DNA of 64,000 nucleotides, taken from positions 80,476,001 to 80,540,000 of the forward strand of contig OX597822.1 in the NCBI GenBank assembly GCA_951406725.2. The letters are read 5' to 3'. Source of the stretch: Octopus vulgaris. Taxonomy: Eukaryota. Both the position numbers and the translations under genes were made by a program. The stretch's first letter is position 1, and every line of letters begins with the position of its first letter. Of the stretch, positions 1 to 13,310 are shown piece by piece. The notes beneath the pieces are model-generated. The model searched no databases and was not told where the DNA came from. It saw only the letters and a list, made by a program, of their open reading frames with translations.

Positions 1-132
1 GTGTATAACAGGTGCTTTAACAACGGCTTTAACTACCACAATAGCAACGAAATCAAATCCAGTATTTACAACAAACGCACAAGTCCCCCAGCTGGAGCTT
101 CAACAGCAGCAGATATGCCAAAAGATATTAAC

Positions 133-207
<75 letters not shown>
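133..207. repeat. (AAT)n microsatellite
   Basis: Pure AAT run; source of the poly-N and poly-I ORFs at 1-333. Confidence 0.97.
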
Positions 208-209
<2 letters not shown>

Positions 210-334
210 TGTGGATGTTATTATAGCAGTTGTAGTAGGGGCAGTAGTATCGGTTGTGTTGTTTGTGAGGTGCTCTTGGTGATTGTATGAGGTTATGAAA
301 TATATAGAAATATATATCTCGGCAGTTATTCATA

Positions 335-399
<65 letters not shown>

Positions 400-408
400 A
401 TATATATA

Positions 409-563
409 TTTTCTACTCTAGGCATAAGGCCCGAAATTTGGGGGAGGGGGCCAGTCGATTAGATCGATCCCAGTACGCAACAGGTTCTTAATTTATCGAC
501 CCCGAAAGAATAAAGGGCAAAGTCGATCTCGGCGGAATTTGAACTCAGAACGTAAAGACAGAC
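409..563 (-). mobile_element. SINE family A (tRNA-derived, Meta-like central domain), 5'-truncated
   Basis: Reverse complement of the last unit of 12121-12874 (GTTCTGAGTTCAAATTCCGCCGAG...GGGGTCGATAAATTAAG...GGGCCTTATGCCTAGAGTAGAAA). Confidence 0.9.
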
Positions 564-1540
564 TAATACATATATCACAACTTCAATCCTATTGAGCCTA
601 TAGCTGCTTTATCAATGCTGACCCCAGGGACTACCACCCCCGTTTTTCCTTCCTATTCCTTGCCTTCATCTAGTCATTACCTTTCTCTCTCTTCCTCTCT
701 CTCTGTCACTCTCTGTCTCTTTCTCTCTCTACTCCTCATCTCCTTTGTCAATTAGTACAAGGAAATGCCTGAATGGTTGCAGCATCAGTCGGAGTCATTG
801 CAACAGTTGCTGCAGATGAAACCGTTGCTGTTGCTATTTACAACTCGTGCGTACAAACGTACACATATAAAATCGCAACATGATCACGCTGAACGTTGTA
901 TAGAAAATACACATTAAATGACATTGGTGCACGCTGGTGTAGAAAAACACTGATGCATGTATGCATGCATGCACATACATACACAAGCATTCTATATGTA
1001 CACATATTTTTGTTTGTGTTTGTGTGTGCATGCTTAGGCTTGGCCTTATGTCTAATGTGAAAGAGTGAAAGACGGACGGAAAAAATGGAGAGCGACAGAG
1101 AAATAAATATTTATATGCAGAGAGATAGAATATGACTATGGCAAAAAGGAAAACCAAAAAACAGAAAATAGGCCACAGAGAAAGCCATATATTGTCAGAT
1201 CTAAAGAGTCATCCCTCTATGAAAATGGAAAATGAAGTGAAACGGGTTATATAATTTCTTTTAGGAGAAACAGTCGCTTGTATGACCTTCAGTTGTTTAC
1301 GCTGAGAGACGTATGGTTTTTGTTGTTGTTGTCGTGATTGGTAAACCTCCTTGTTGCTGTTGCTAAAGTGGCACGTTAGCTGACGAGTAGACTTATGATC
1401 AACAGTGAGGGCCTCATGTATTCATCTCAATTATATACTGTCCCTACTTATATGAAATTTACACTGCACCTTCCAAAATGAAGTAACGCATGTAACCTAA
1501 CAGTATACATACATGCAATACTCATATACGTACTTACATA

Positions 1541-2030
1541 TTGTGAGCGGATTTAGTAGACGGAAACCGAAAGAAGTCCGTCATATATATATATATATAT
1601 ATATATGTATTGATAAAACGGTAAGATAACAAAAGAAAGAAAGAGACCTCAATATTATGTAATAGAGGAAATTTATCTATACAATATGTTACATTACTCG
1701 GTAGTCAAGATAAAACTCTGAGTTTCAGATGCCGAAGTGGAAATCCACAACACCATCTCTTCGAAGAGATGGTGTTGTGGACACTTCGGCATCTGAAACT
1801 CAGAGTTTTATCTTGACTACCGAGTAATGTAACATATTGTATAGATATATATATATGTATATATATATATTTATGTGTATGAGTGTGTATTCATGTGTCT
1901 GCGTCTTTCCCGCCACCGTCGCTTGACAATCGACAGGTTTACAAAGAATAAGTCCTGGGGCCGATTTGTTTGACTGAAGTTGGTGTTCCAGCATGGATGC
2001 AGTTAAATGACTAGACTGACACAAATAAAA
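1541..2030 (+). mobile_element. SINE family B fragment interrupted inside its internal (TA)n tract by a fold-back element
   Basis: TTGTGAGCGGATTTAGTAGACGGAAACCGAAAGAAGTCCGTC matches 27981-28022; the tail resumes at about 1880-2030. Confidence 0.8.
1674..1847. repeat. Near-perfect palindrome (about 85-bp arms, no spacer), probable Penelope-like terminal fragment
   Basis: Arms are exact reverse complements around CTCTTC|GAAGAG (centre 1762/1763), except a 4-nt GAAA bulge at 1740-1743. Confidence 0.95.
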
Positions 2031-2199
2031 AATAAAATTATCTATATATATAGTGCTCTGAATTTCGAATGCCGGAGCGAAGAGATACGATGCATTCTTG
2101 TCGGGTATTAATGGCAAATTTTTACTGTTTATTCTAAATTATAACATAAATATCCTCTAATTATCTAATAGCCTTGTCTCATTCTTTTTCTTGTTACTT

Positions 2200-2246
<47 letters not shown>

Positions 2247-2277
2247 CACACACACACATACACACACACATACATAT

Positions 2278-2329
<52 letters not shown>

Positions 2330-2634
2330 GTATATTCAGTCAATGGAACTTAATAAGCTCAGGTGCATTTGGACATGAAAAGACTTTGCACTGCAAAGTT
2401 GTTTCGAGAGTGCCTTGTCTTTTCTATATTCAAATGTACATGGACTTTTCAAACAAGAATGTAAATGACTATATTTCATTTAATTCTGTTTAGTGTGACC
2501 CACATGAAGACGTGTGTGTGCCGGATGCGGTATATATGTTTATCCAATGCTTATTTTATCATAATATAAAAGGTGTTGTTAAATGAAAGTTTACAGGCCG
2601 TGTGCTAATTTTGATAAAAATATTTTACATGTAT

Positions 2635-2975
2635 GGGTGCAATAGTGGCTAGTAAGTTGCTTGCTTCCCAACCACATGGTACCAGGTTCGGTCCCTGTAC
2701 GTGGCACCTTCGTAAGTGTCTTCCACTATAGGCTGACCAAAGACTTGCGAGTAGATGTTGTACACACACACACTGAAAGAAGACTGTTATATCTATGTGT
2801 GTATGTGTGTGTGTGTATGCGTGTCATTTTGTGTGCGCTCCCCCCCCCCCCACACACACACACAGACTATCACATGGCTACTGGCTTTGGTTTGTTTACA
2901 TCCATTTAATGGAGTGGTTCAAAAGGATGTAGACAGAATGAGTATGAGACTTGAAAAGAAACTAATGGACACCTT
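2635..2975 (+). mobile_element. SINE family B (tRNA head plus CORE-like domain)
   Basis: GCTTGCTTCCCAACCACATGGT...GGTTCGGTCCC...GTGGCACCTT..TAAGTGTCTT shared with the 20181, 27872 and 56762 copies. Confidence 0.85.
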
Positions 2976-3684
2976 AGATTTTTTTTTATGTAGGAGAGAT
3001 AGTCACATAAAGAAAGGCTTTGATCAACCAGAACAGACATGGCTGCTCAGCAGCGGTAAATGCAGCAGTAGCAGTAGCAGCCGCAGTAGCAGCAGCAACG
3101 TAAACATGAAGAATTGGAGCAGAAGTAGAAGCAACCGCCAAAAGACAGTAGCAGCGGCAACGGCAAGTGACACAGCAGTTGTCAATGCAGTGGGATTTTC
3201 TCTACAAAATGCAGAGAAAATGTGCATCAGTGTATACATACATGCATGCCTAGACATGCACATGTGAAGAATATACCTTCGTGAGGGTTGTACGCGCGTG
3301 AGTACGTCTGTATACGTGTGCGTTTACTAGCCAGGTGCACGTGTTTATGTGTAGGCTAGCAGGGCTTGAACGCAGAATATGCTTGTATGTGTGTTTGTTC
3401 AAATATACATACATACCTATATACGTACATACACACATACACACACGCGCGCATATATGTTTATATGCATGTTTATATACAGAAAGGGAGATGAGATAGA
3501 TATTATATATATATATATATATATATATGTACGTTTAAATATTTTTATTGGCTAAACTGGCAATATGACCATTCCGAAATATAACAATATATATATGTAT
3601 ATATATATATATCTATTATATCTATATATCTATATCTATCTACCTATATATATATATATAATTTAATCTCACATGAGTACGTAA

Positions 3685-3720
<36 letters not shown>

Positions 3721-4755
3721 GTATATCTATATATATGTGCATGTATATGTGTATGTATGTATTTATATATATGTGTGTGTCTGTATATATATATATATTT
3801 ATACACATATATATGCACACCTAAACACTCGCACACACACATACACACACATATATGCATGTATACATGCATACATTGTTGCTTTCTCTCTCTCTCTCTC
3901 CCTCTCTCTCTCTCACCTCATATTACGTCTCCCAAAGTGCAACTGGGTCTGTAACCGTTCCTTGGATACCATGTCTTGCTCTCTCTCTCTCTCACCCTCC
4001 TCCAACCTTTCCTACGCATCATGCTGTTTGGCAATTACGCATGCGTAGTAAACATTCCTGACTCACACAACAAATATTCACCAATATACAACAGGTATAT
4101 TTCCAAATACATACAATTATATAAAAACAATGTCTCAGTTATACATCCTGACATGTACACACACGGATACACGTTCAAACGTAGTAAGCACACACATTCA
4201 AGCACGGCTCTACTAATATTATACATTTATACACACGTTTTAGCACTATGTGCAATAATACACTACCTGCTTATAATGGCGCGTATATATATGTATGTTA
4301 GTCAGTGTGTGTGACTCTATTTGTGTGTGTTTGTATGTAACAGTTTGTCTCAGAATTAAACGTATACATTTCGCATTCTATAAATAAAACAGTGTTTTGT
4401 ACACACAACAAGGTAGACACACACACGTATTGCACTCATATATACACACATACGAAAACACTCACGTCTAGGTATCCATGTGTATTGTACATGCATACGC
4501 ACGCGTCATGCACTTAACAAAACGTGCATGTACATGCCGACCTTGTTTACAAACATATGTCAAGAAGTTCACACACACATACACATACACACACACATGC
4601 ACATACTTAGATAGAAATCATGATATATACACACACATATATATACATAGACTGACACATGTATGTACACAGTCAGGCGCAAGGAGATGCTAGCATGAAT
4701 GCAGGCATAAAATAGCAAAAACACGCACAAAGCATGATCTCGATTCTTTTTTGCT

Positions 4756-4798
<43 letters not shown>

Positions 4799-5513
4799 AT
4801 ATACATACACACATACATACACATTTATAAAATACATATATACATATATATATATATGCACCTGCATACATGCATGCACATATATATATAACTATATATA
4901 TGTGTGTATATCTATAGGTATACATATATATATATATGTGTGTATACATACATATATATATATGTGTGTGTGTGTGTGTCTGTGTGTGTCTCTGTGTGTG
5001 TAGAAACACGTTTAAAAACCCGCGTGACTGAGTACTCTTGAAACCTATGTAACCGACTAGCCTCAGATGCACGTGCGCGCGCGCGCACACACACACACAC
5101 ACATACACTCATATATATAAACACATATAGCGTTTGCAAATACACACATACTCCCACACCAGTAGACACGAACGAAACATTATTTTGCATGTCTTTTTCA
5201 CACGCGCTTCTCTCGAAAACAAGGCGGTGCGGAAGTGTTGACAGGTGAGGGTGGCAGGAAGAGGTAACCAAGGTGTTTTCCTCTATCACAGATTCATTTA
5301 GTCACCATTTCTTTCTTTCTCTTTCTCTCTGTGTATCTCACACACACACACACATACACAACACACACACACTCACAAACGCACACACACACACACACAC
5401 ATACTCACATTGGTGTGCGTGCACATACTCATACAATACACACTCGATCATTCTCACCAAAACATCTCGACACCATTGTCTTCATCACCATCTTCCCCAG
5501 CTTCATCACAACC

Positions 5514-5514
<1 letters not shown>

Positions 5515-5602
<88 letters not shown>

Positions 5603-5612
5603 AATAATAATA
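5515..5612. repeat. Compound (AAT)n(GAT)n microsatellite
   Basis: Directly visible. Confidence 0.95.
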
Positions 5613-5763
5613 ATATCATTAATGAAATTCTTTTCCCTCCTTATTTGGTATTCTTTAATGAGCACAATAAACGACTTGAAAAATAGGAGGACAAAACGTT
5701 TAGAGATAAACAAAGAGAGCTGATAACACTAAAGGGAAGTGAACATGTTTTCAAGTCATATAT

Positions 5764-5800
<37 letters not shown>

Positions 5801-5814
5801 CTATGTATGTGTGA

Positions 5815-5862
<48 letters not shown>

Positions 5863-5870
5863 GTATGGAC

Positions 5871-5912
<42 letters not shown>

Positions 5913-7622
5913 AGAGAGAGAGAGAGAGAGAGAGAGAAAGAAACATACAGAGAGAGAGAGAGAGAGACAGAGAGAGAGACAGACAGAGAGAGATACATAC
6001 TTGCGTGTATGCATAATTTTCTAATTGAAAGTACCGTCATGATTTCTATTGAACTTAATTTTTACAATATTGCTCGCTTTAGCACTTGTAAAGTACCCTG
6101 TGTATTTGAATATCTTTCTGTGTCGATATTATATATAAATTTCCATTACTTATTTGTTTCTTTCGTCTTATATATTTTCCCTCATTCTTCCCATAATTCA
6201 TCAGTTCAACCATTCGGTCATGTGTCTTGAATTTTCTTAAGGTACTTGTCTTTGTTTTCTATTTCTGTTCATCCATCGAGCGCACACAATATTATCGGAA
6301 GGTGACGAAATTGTGATGATATTTAGTCGATAGCTGATGAGGATTGAACATGTCTGAGTCCACCGTCTGCATGTTTTCCTGTTTTTCCGTATGTTCCTTT
6401 GTCATCCTCCCATGCTGTGTTTTACTATTATAGACCAAATATATACGGGTATATTCAATACTTATATAAATTAAATACCCAGAATAAAATGATTACACAC
6501 GAACTTACAATAATTCATAATAAAGACGTAAGTAATAGAGTAACCCACCCATGTACAGGGGAGAACTGGCTCAAAGCACATCGCTATTCTTGTCCATCAG
6601 TCACCGTGTATATATAACGATCGCATGATCTATATCAAAATTATGTTCTTTACCATGATGGGTGAAATTAGATTGCTGTTTCGCGTTCCTCGACCTGCTA
6701 AATGTAACAGCAACCGAATGTCTGTCAAATAACACCCTACCGTTTCATAAACAAGTGGGACCCAACTTAATAAAATGCACGACTGGCAGAAACGCCATTG
6801 GTCGCCATTGATCTGTTCCCCCTATCGACGTTGCTCTTCTATAACGTTTCAATTTCTCCTTATTTTCCTCCATGTTCCTGTCTATTTCATCTAAGAATGA
6901 TTTCTCTCAAAACTTTAGGGAATGTTTTATAGGTAATCAAGTATTAAGTATTTTATTAAAGATGCATATTGAATTAAATTTGTATGAATAATTTAACATG
7001 TAGAGGTAATTAAGTTGACGCAAATGTGTCTAGTTTTTTTTAGAGCGTGTAGTAGATTATCTTTACAGGGGTCGTTCTGTTCTTCCTCTGCTCTGAGCTA
7101 AAATACCGACGGGGGCATAATAGCCCCTCAGTTTTAGGAGTCGATCAGAAAAGTACCAGGCCAGTGCTGAGGTCGGTAATTTTTTTCTGTCAATCTGTCT
7201 GTTTTTTCTGGAAGGTCGCTGTGGCTAGACCCAAAGAAGAATCGGCTACGACAGAACCAAGTCTGTCCGAGTTACGCCACATGTCACCACGGCCACTCTG
7301 TTACTCATCAAACGGTGGGTGACTAAAGTAAGGTCGTCAAGTATAGTTTAGTATGATCGAAGCCCTTCTTTGACTGCCATATTAATGCTATCATTTCCTG
7401 AAAGATAAAAAGGTGGAGTTGACATCGGCTGGGTTCGATCTCACCTTCGTGCTTGCGGGATTCTTTTTCTTTTAAAAAATTCTTTCTAATTTTGTCACAA
7501 GAGGGCAAATTTAGGAAGTGGAGCCACTCGACTTCATATATGGATTCATGAAAAATATTTGCTTTAAACTTTTTTATTGCAAGAAACAACTAGATTTCTT
7601 TCTCCTAACGTTTTACATAGTT

Positions 7623-7823
7623 CAGTATTTCTCTAACCATTGGAACAAGTTCCCTTAGTGAGTGCTATTGCAAATATACACAAGTGAACATATGAAAAAT
7701 AGGAATTTTGAAAGTATTTATAAAACGAAGCTTTTACCATTGAAGATCTATGGGGTGGGGGTCCATCAAAATAAAAAATTAATCAAAGGGTTCACTAGAT
7801 AAAAAAATTGTTGAGAACCACTA
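7623..7823. mobile_element. Degenerate hAT/Charlie-like MITE
   Basis: Left CAGTATTTCTCTAACC and right GTTGAGAACCACTA resemble the CAGTGGTTCTCAAC termini of hAT-Charlie elements; internal GGGGTCC subterminal motif; no clean TSD. Confidence 0.45.
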
Positions 7824-8201
7824 AACTAAATTAACAGCAGCGACTAAAATAACAAAATACTATCAGAAGCATAAGGCTATGTATTTTTTGTTAGGTGAGG
7901 GTAGAACCGATCGTATTGAGTTTAGTACTTTCCTGCTACTTTATTTATCGATCAGGCAAAGAATGAAAAGCAACTATAAAGATTTGTATCGATATTACTC
8001 TTGCTTTAGGGCAGATTATAGCAGAATCATCAGAGTAGTTGGACATATGCCTGAAAAGTAGTTCGATCTTTATCAGTCGGCATTCTTTGTTCCAATTCCA
8101 ACTGGATCGAATATCATTCAATATTTTAGCGGAGGCAAGGCAAAGCATAACTGCCTATGTACCCATTCACAAGCAGCCTCACGCATGCATTATATATATA
8201 T

Positions 8202-8243
<42 letters not shown>

Positions 8244-9354
8244 GTGATTTCGAGTTCAATCTCTCAATGCGGCACCTCGGGCGCCTGTCTCCTACTACAG
8301 CGTCGGCTGGACCATTTGAGAAGACTGAGTGCAAATCCACTATGTGTGTGTGTGTGTGCGTGTGAGTGTGTGTGTGTGTGCGTGTGTGTGTGTCTTAGTA
8401 TTTGTCACCCCATCACTTGAGAACTGATGTCGATTTGCTACCTTGCGATTAGACATAAGAAACCGATAGAACGGATGCCAGACTTAAGAATATAATACTG
8501 GGCTAGATTTATTCGATGAAGCTCTTCAAGATGGTGCTCCAGCATGGGCGCAGTCCAACGGCTGAAACAAGTTAATGATAAAAGATACGCGCAAACATGC
8601 ATACTTATATATTGACAAACACACACACACATGCATACATGTGCTTGAATGTGTATTGCGTGTCTGTGTGCTAAGTAGAAATAGGTCTAACCGAATTATT
8701 GTTTCATTTAGACTGTTCTATATATGACTAATTATATACTCTCTATATATAATTATACACTCTCTATATATAATTATGTACTTGCAAACTCACTCACTCG
8801 CTCGCTCCATCATTCAATCACTCACCCTCTCTCTTTCTCTCTAATTATATATCCTATGTAGACCTAATTAAGAACTAACTAAACCTGTGACAGAAGAGTA
8901 TGCGAAAGAAATAAGAGTACAGTGGGTAGAATTACAAATAAGATGGATATACATATTGCTGCAAAACGATATCTATTATCTAATGTTACGTCAGTCATGT
9001 TGTGAATTGTCAGTCGAGATTGGGAAGAAGAATCTGGTGATATCGATGTGTTTGTGCTTGGTAGGTTAAGCAATGTGGATTCGATATAAAGGAAAAGCGT
9101 TAACCAAATGGAAATGGAACGAACGGCATATTTGTACACGAAAATTCTGTCTAAGCTGCTCAATCTGGGGAGATTTGGAATTTTAAATTACCACGAAGAA
9201 ATACATAGAAAGAATTGACACTCATGTGCGTAAAAAAAGGTCATCTTACATCACATAATTCAAGCATTTTTACTGAATTTATATACAACATTAAAAAAGT
9301 CTTAGCATTATGAGAAAGAAATAGAGATATATCTGAAAACAACAATCTATGTGC

Positions 9355-9405
<51 letters not shown>

Positions 9406-9905
9406 TGTGTGTGTGTGTGTGTGTGTGTATAATTAAGATTCCTTTGACTTAGGTACTTAAATTGAGACACCTTGCTAGGTCGGTATAATCCTCACACCCA
9501 AACAATATTAATTAAATATTGAGTATCAAGACAGACTCCGTGCAGGAGTATTTGTACCTGATATTCCTGCCGTGTGTGCAGACAACGCAATCCAACTATG
9601 TGAAGGTATCCGTCTATCAGAATTCAAACATGAACTTTTTATGAAGGTACTTTCTTTAGTGTATCCGAAGTGCAGATGCCACGTTAGATGGATAAAATAT
9701 AAATGAGCAACAAAGATGTACAGGTATCAATTCCCTATTTCCTCTGCTACTCTCTGATTTAGAGTAGACTTTTAGGTTTGAAGTCAATGCGTTCATCTGA
9801 CGAAAACGGTTTCTTTGAAATGTTGTAATGTTTTCATTAATCGATTAAAGGAGTTGCTAGAAACGGCCGTAATATATTGACAGCTGTACATCCTTGCAAC
9901 CCAAT

Positions 9906-9964
<59 letters not shown>

Positions 9965-10075
9965 ATATATATATATGCATATATATGCATATATATATAT
10001 ATACATATATATATACATATATATATATATGTATATATATACATATATAAATATATATACACATATATATATTTA

Positions 10076-10120
<45 letters not shown>

Positions 10121-10182
10121 GAGTAAACACATAAATGTGAAACAAGGTGAAAAAAAAGTACTCAAATACCAGTGGTAGAGTA

Positions 10183-10338
10183 ATATGCTTTATTTAAAGC
10201 AGCAGAAAATTCAACAAAACCTGTTACTTTGAGTTTCCCGTTGCCGTTCATCGGAGCAAAAACTGTCCGATGAACGGCAACGGGGAACTCATAGTAACAG
10301 CTTTTGTTGAATTTTCTGCTGCTTTAAATAAAGTATAT
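10183..10338. repeat. Inverted repeat, 73-bp arms and 10-nt loop, carrying a hammerhead-like motif (Penelope-like fragment)
   Basis: 10183-10255 is the reverse complement of 10266-10338 with about 4 mismatches; flanked by (TA)n. Confidence 0.93.
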
Positions 10339-10390
10339 ATATATATGTATATATATATGTATATATATATACGCACGTATATATACATAC

Positions 10391-10515
<125 letters not shown>

Positions 10516-10828
10516 TATGGTATATATATTTCACGAGCAGGATGTTCCGTCGATCGGATCAACTAGAATACTCGTCATCGCAACCGACAGAGTACCGGTT
10601 AATCAAATCCTTTAAATAAATATAGATATAAAGATAGGCGAAAACATATTTATGAACAATGCCAATCGGTGCCAAAAATATTTTGTATCTTCAAGTGAGT
10701 CGATTCTGCAGTCATTCCATTATAAATGAAGGGTCTGATGCTGATTTGAGAGATAATTAAAATTAACATTATAATCATTAGAAATTTGAGCAATTTCTTA
10801 ACATCCTCCTCCTCCTCCTCCTCCTCCT

Positions 10829-10859
<31 letters not shown>

Positions 10860-10899
10860 AGCAGTAGCGTCGGAAAATATCGTTATTATCATCATCATA

Positions 10900-10936
10900 T
10901 TCTTCTTCTTTTTCTCATTTTTCTTCTTCTCCTTCT

Positions 10937-10971
<35 letters not shown>

Positions 10972-11098
10972 CTCTTCTTCTTCTTCTTCTTCTTCTTCTT
11001 CTTCTTCTTCTTCTTCTTCTTCTTCTTCTTCTTCTTCTTCTTCCTCCTCCTCCTCCTCCTCCTCCTCCTCCTCTTCTTCTTCTTCTACTTCTTCTTCA
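10900..11098. repeat. (TTC)n/(TCC)n polypyrimidine tract
   Basis: Directly visible; gives the spurious poly-E and poly-F ORFs. Confidence 0.95.
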
Positions 11099-11386
11099 GT
11101 TTTTCGTTCTTGTAGTCGTTCTCTCCTTGCTAGGTAATAAGGAAATACGTGAGTGGATGCCACTAACCACTTCGTTAGACTTTCCAGAATGGTAATTAGG
11201 ATAGGAATCTCGGCGACAGAGATGGCATTGACGGGTGGGGGAGGTGGGGACGGTATGATTCTGTTATAAATAGCGATATTTATATCATTGGTGATATTGA
11301 TGTTATTACCAGGGTTGTATATATAGATGTATGAAGACATATGTAAATTTATATTCACATACATACATACATACATACATATATTT

Positions 11387-11428
<42 letters not shown>

Positions 11429-12120
11429 AAATTTCGGAATGGTCATTTTGCCAGTTTAGCCAATATTCATATATATATATATTATGTGTGTGTGAATATA
11501 TGTGTATATAAGTATACATACATATGCATGTGTATGTATTGATATATATTCATATATATATATATATATGAAAATATGTGGATATATGTATGCATACATA
11601 TATGTATGTGTGTGTGTGTGTGTGCGTGCGTGTATGTATATCTGTACACATCGACTACAGAGAAGCCACATTGTATCGAAAAACCTTTTGTGGTCAACGA
11701 CCTGCTTTTGGTTTGTCTTGTCTCATTCCTTATGGCGTTACACTTGTGCAGGAAGTCAACTAAAGACGGAAACATGGCGTCGTCGATTGTCTGAATAATT
11801 TAAACACAGTGGTGTTGTTGTGGTTGTGGTTGTTGTCTCTGCTGACTGCTACTGTTGTTATTTAAATACCAATCAGCGTTGAATGACCGGAGCTCTGATC
11901 GAGGAATTTCCACCTGTCGTTTTACTTATCTCGGAACACAAATCTGTAATGAACTTCCTAAATGCATCAGTGTCTAAAAGACCCCTGGAAACTTCCATCC
12001 TCCTACCAAACTGACATATCAATATTTTGAACTTTCTGCCTCATTATCAGGTCGTCCTCTTTAGGTTGCAACGATTAACAATTTCCCACAATCGAAACTT
12101 ACTATATATAATCCTTTGTA

Positions 12121-12874
12121 GGGCGGCGAGCTGGCAGAATCGTTAGAACACCGAGCGAAATGCTGAGTGGTATTTCGTCTGCCGCTACGTTCTGAGTTCA
12201 AATTCCGCCGAGGTCGATTTTGCCTTTCATTCTTTCGGGGTCGATAAATAAAGTACCAGTTACGCACTGGGGTCTGTATTTCGTCTGTATTAAGGCGGCG
12301 AGCTGGCAGAAACGTTAGCACACCGGGTGAAATACTTAGCGGTATTTCTTCTGCCGCTACGTTCTGAGTTCAAATTCCGCCGAGGTCGACTTTGCCTTTC
12401 ATCCTTTCGGGGGTCGATAAATTAAGTACCAGTTACGTACTGGGGTCGATGTAGTCGACTTAATCCGTTTGTCTGTCCTTGTTTGTCCCCTCTGTGTTTA
12501 GCCCCTTGTGGGTAGTAAAGAAATAGGTATTTCGTCTGTCTTTATGTTCTGAGTTCAACTTCTACCGAGGTCGACTTTGCCTTTCATCCTTTCGGAGTCG
12601 ATAAATAAAGTACCAGTTACGCACTGGTGTCGATCTAATCGACTTAATCCGTTTGGCTGTCCTTGTTTGTCCCCTCTGTGTTTGGCCCCTTGAGGGTAGT
12701 AAAGAAATAGGTACTTCGTGTGTCTTTACGTTCTAAGTTCAAATTCCACAGAGGTCGACTTTGCCTTTTATCCTTTCGGGTTGATAAATTAAGTACCAGT
12801 TACTTACTGGGGTCGATCTAATCGATTGGCCCCCTCCCCTAAAATTTCGGGCCTTGTGCCTAAAGTAGAAAAGA
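12121..12874 (+). mobile_element. Multimeric SINE family A (4 tandem units) with 17-bp TSD
   Basis: A-box-like TGGCAGAATCGTTAG and B-box GAGTTCAAATTCC; four repeats of the body; flanked by ATATATAA(T/C)CCTTTGTA at 12104-12120 and 12875-12891. Confidence 0.93.
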
Positions 12875-12976
12875 ATATATAACCCTTTGTATTCGTATTG
12901 TTCTGTTTGTTACAGTAACATAAATACGTCATAAGCTAATTTGATACTTGTCTGGTTGTTATGCATATATATCAGT

Positions 12977-13310
12977 GAAAGCGTGTGGTCTTGTGGTTAG
13001 GGCATTCGGCTCACGATTGTCAGGTTGTGAGATCGATTGCCAGAGACGCTTCGTCTCCTTGAGCAAGACATTTTATTTCACGTTGCTTCAGGTCCACTCA
13101 GCAAGCAAAACTTAGTTGTACCTGTATTTCAAAAGACAAGCCTTGTCATATCCAGTGTCACAGTGAATGTCCCCGAGACTACATTAAGGGTGCATGTATC
13201 TGTGTAGTGCTCGACATATATATGTTAACTTACACGTTAATTTCACGAGTTGTTCGATTGATCGGATCAACTGTAGCTCTCGTCGTTGTAATCGACGGAG
13301 ATCCAGTTAC
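12977..13310 (+). mobile_element. SINE family C (tRNA head, CORE-like TCCTTGAGCAAGACA)
   Basis: Colinear with 58278-58600; its tail also occurs at about 10528-10600. Confidence 0.85.

Noticed and set aside
10915-11376. 153-aa ORF with a poly-Glu tail
   Set aside because: Built from (TTC)n plus low-complexity flanks; no recognisable domain
12121-12874. CRISPR-like or tRNA-gene array
   Set aside because: Units are SINE bodies of about 170-230 bp with no unique spacers; the tRNA-like heads do not form complete cloverleaves and run into SINE bodies
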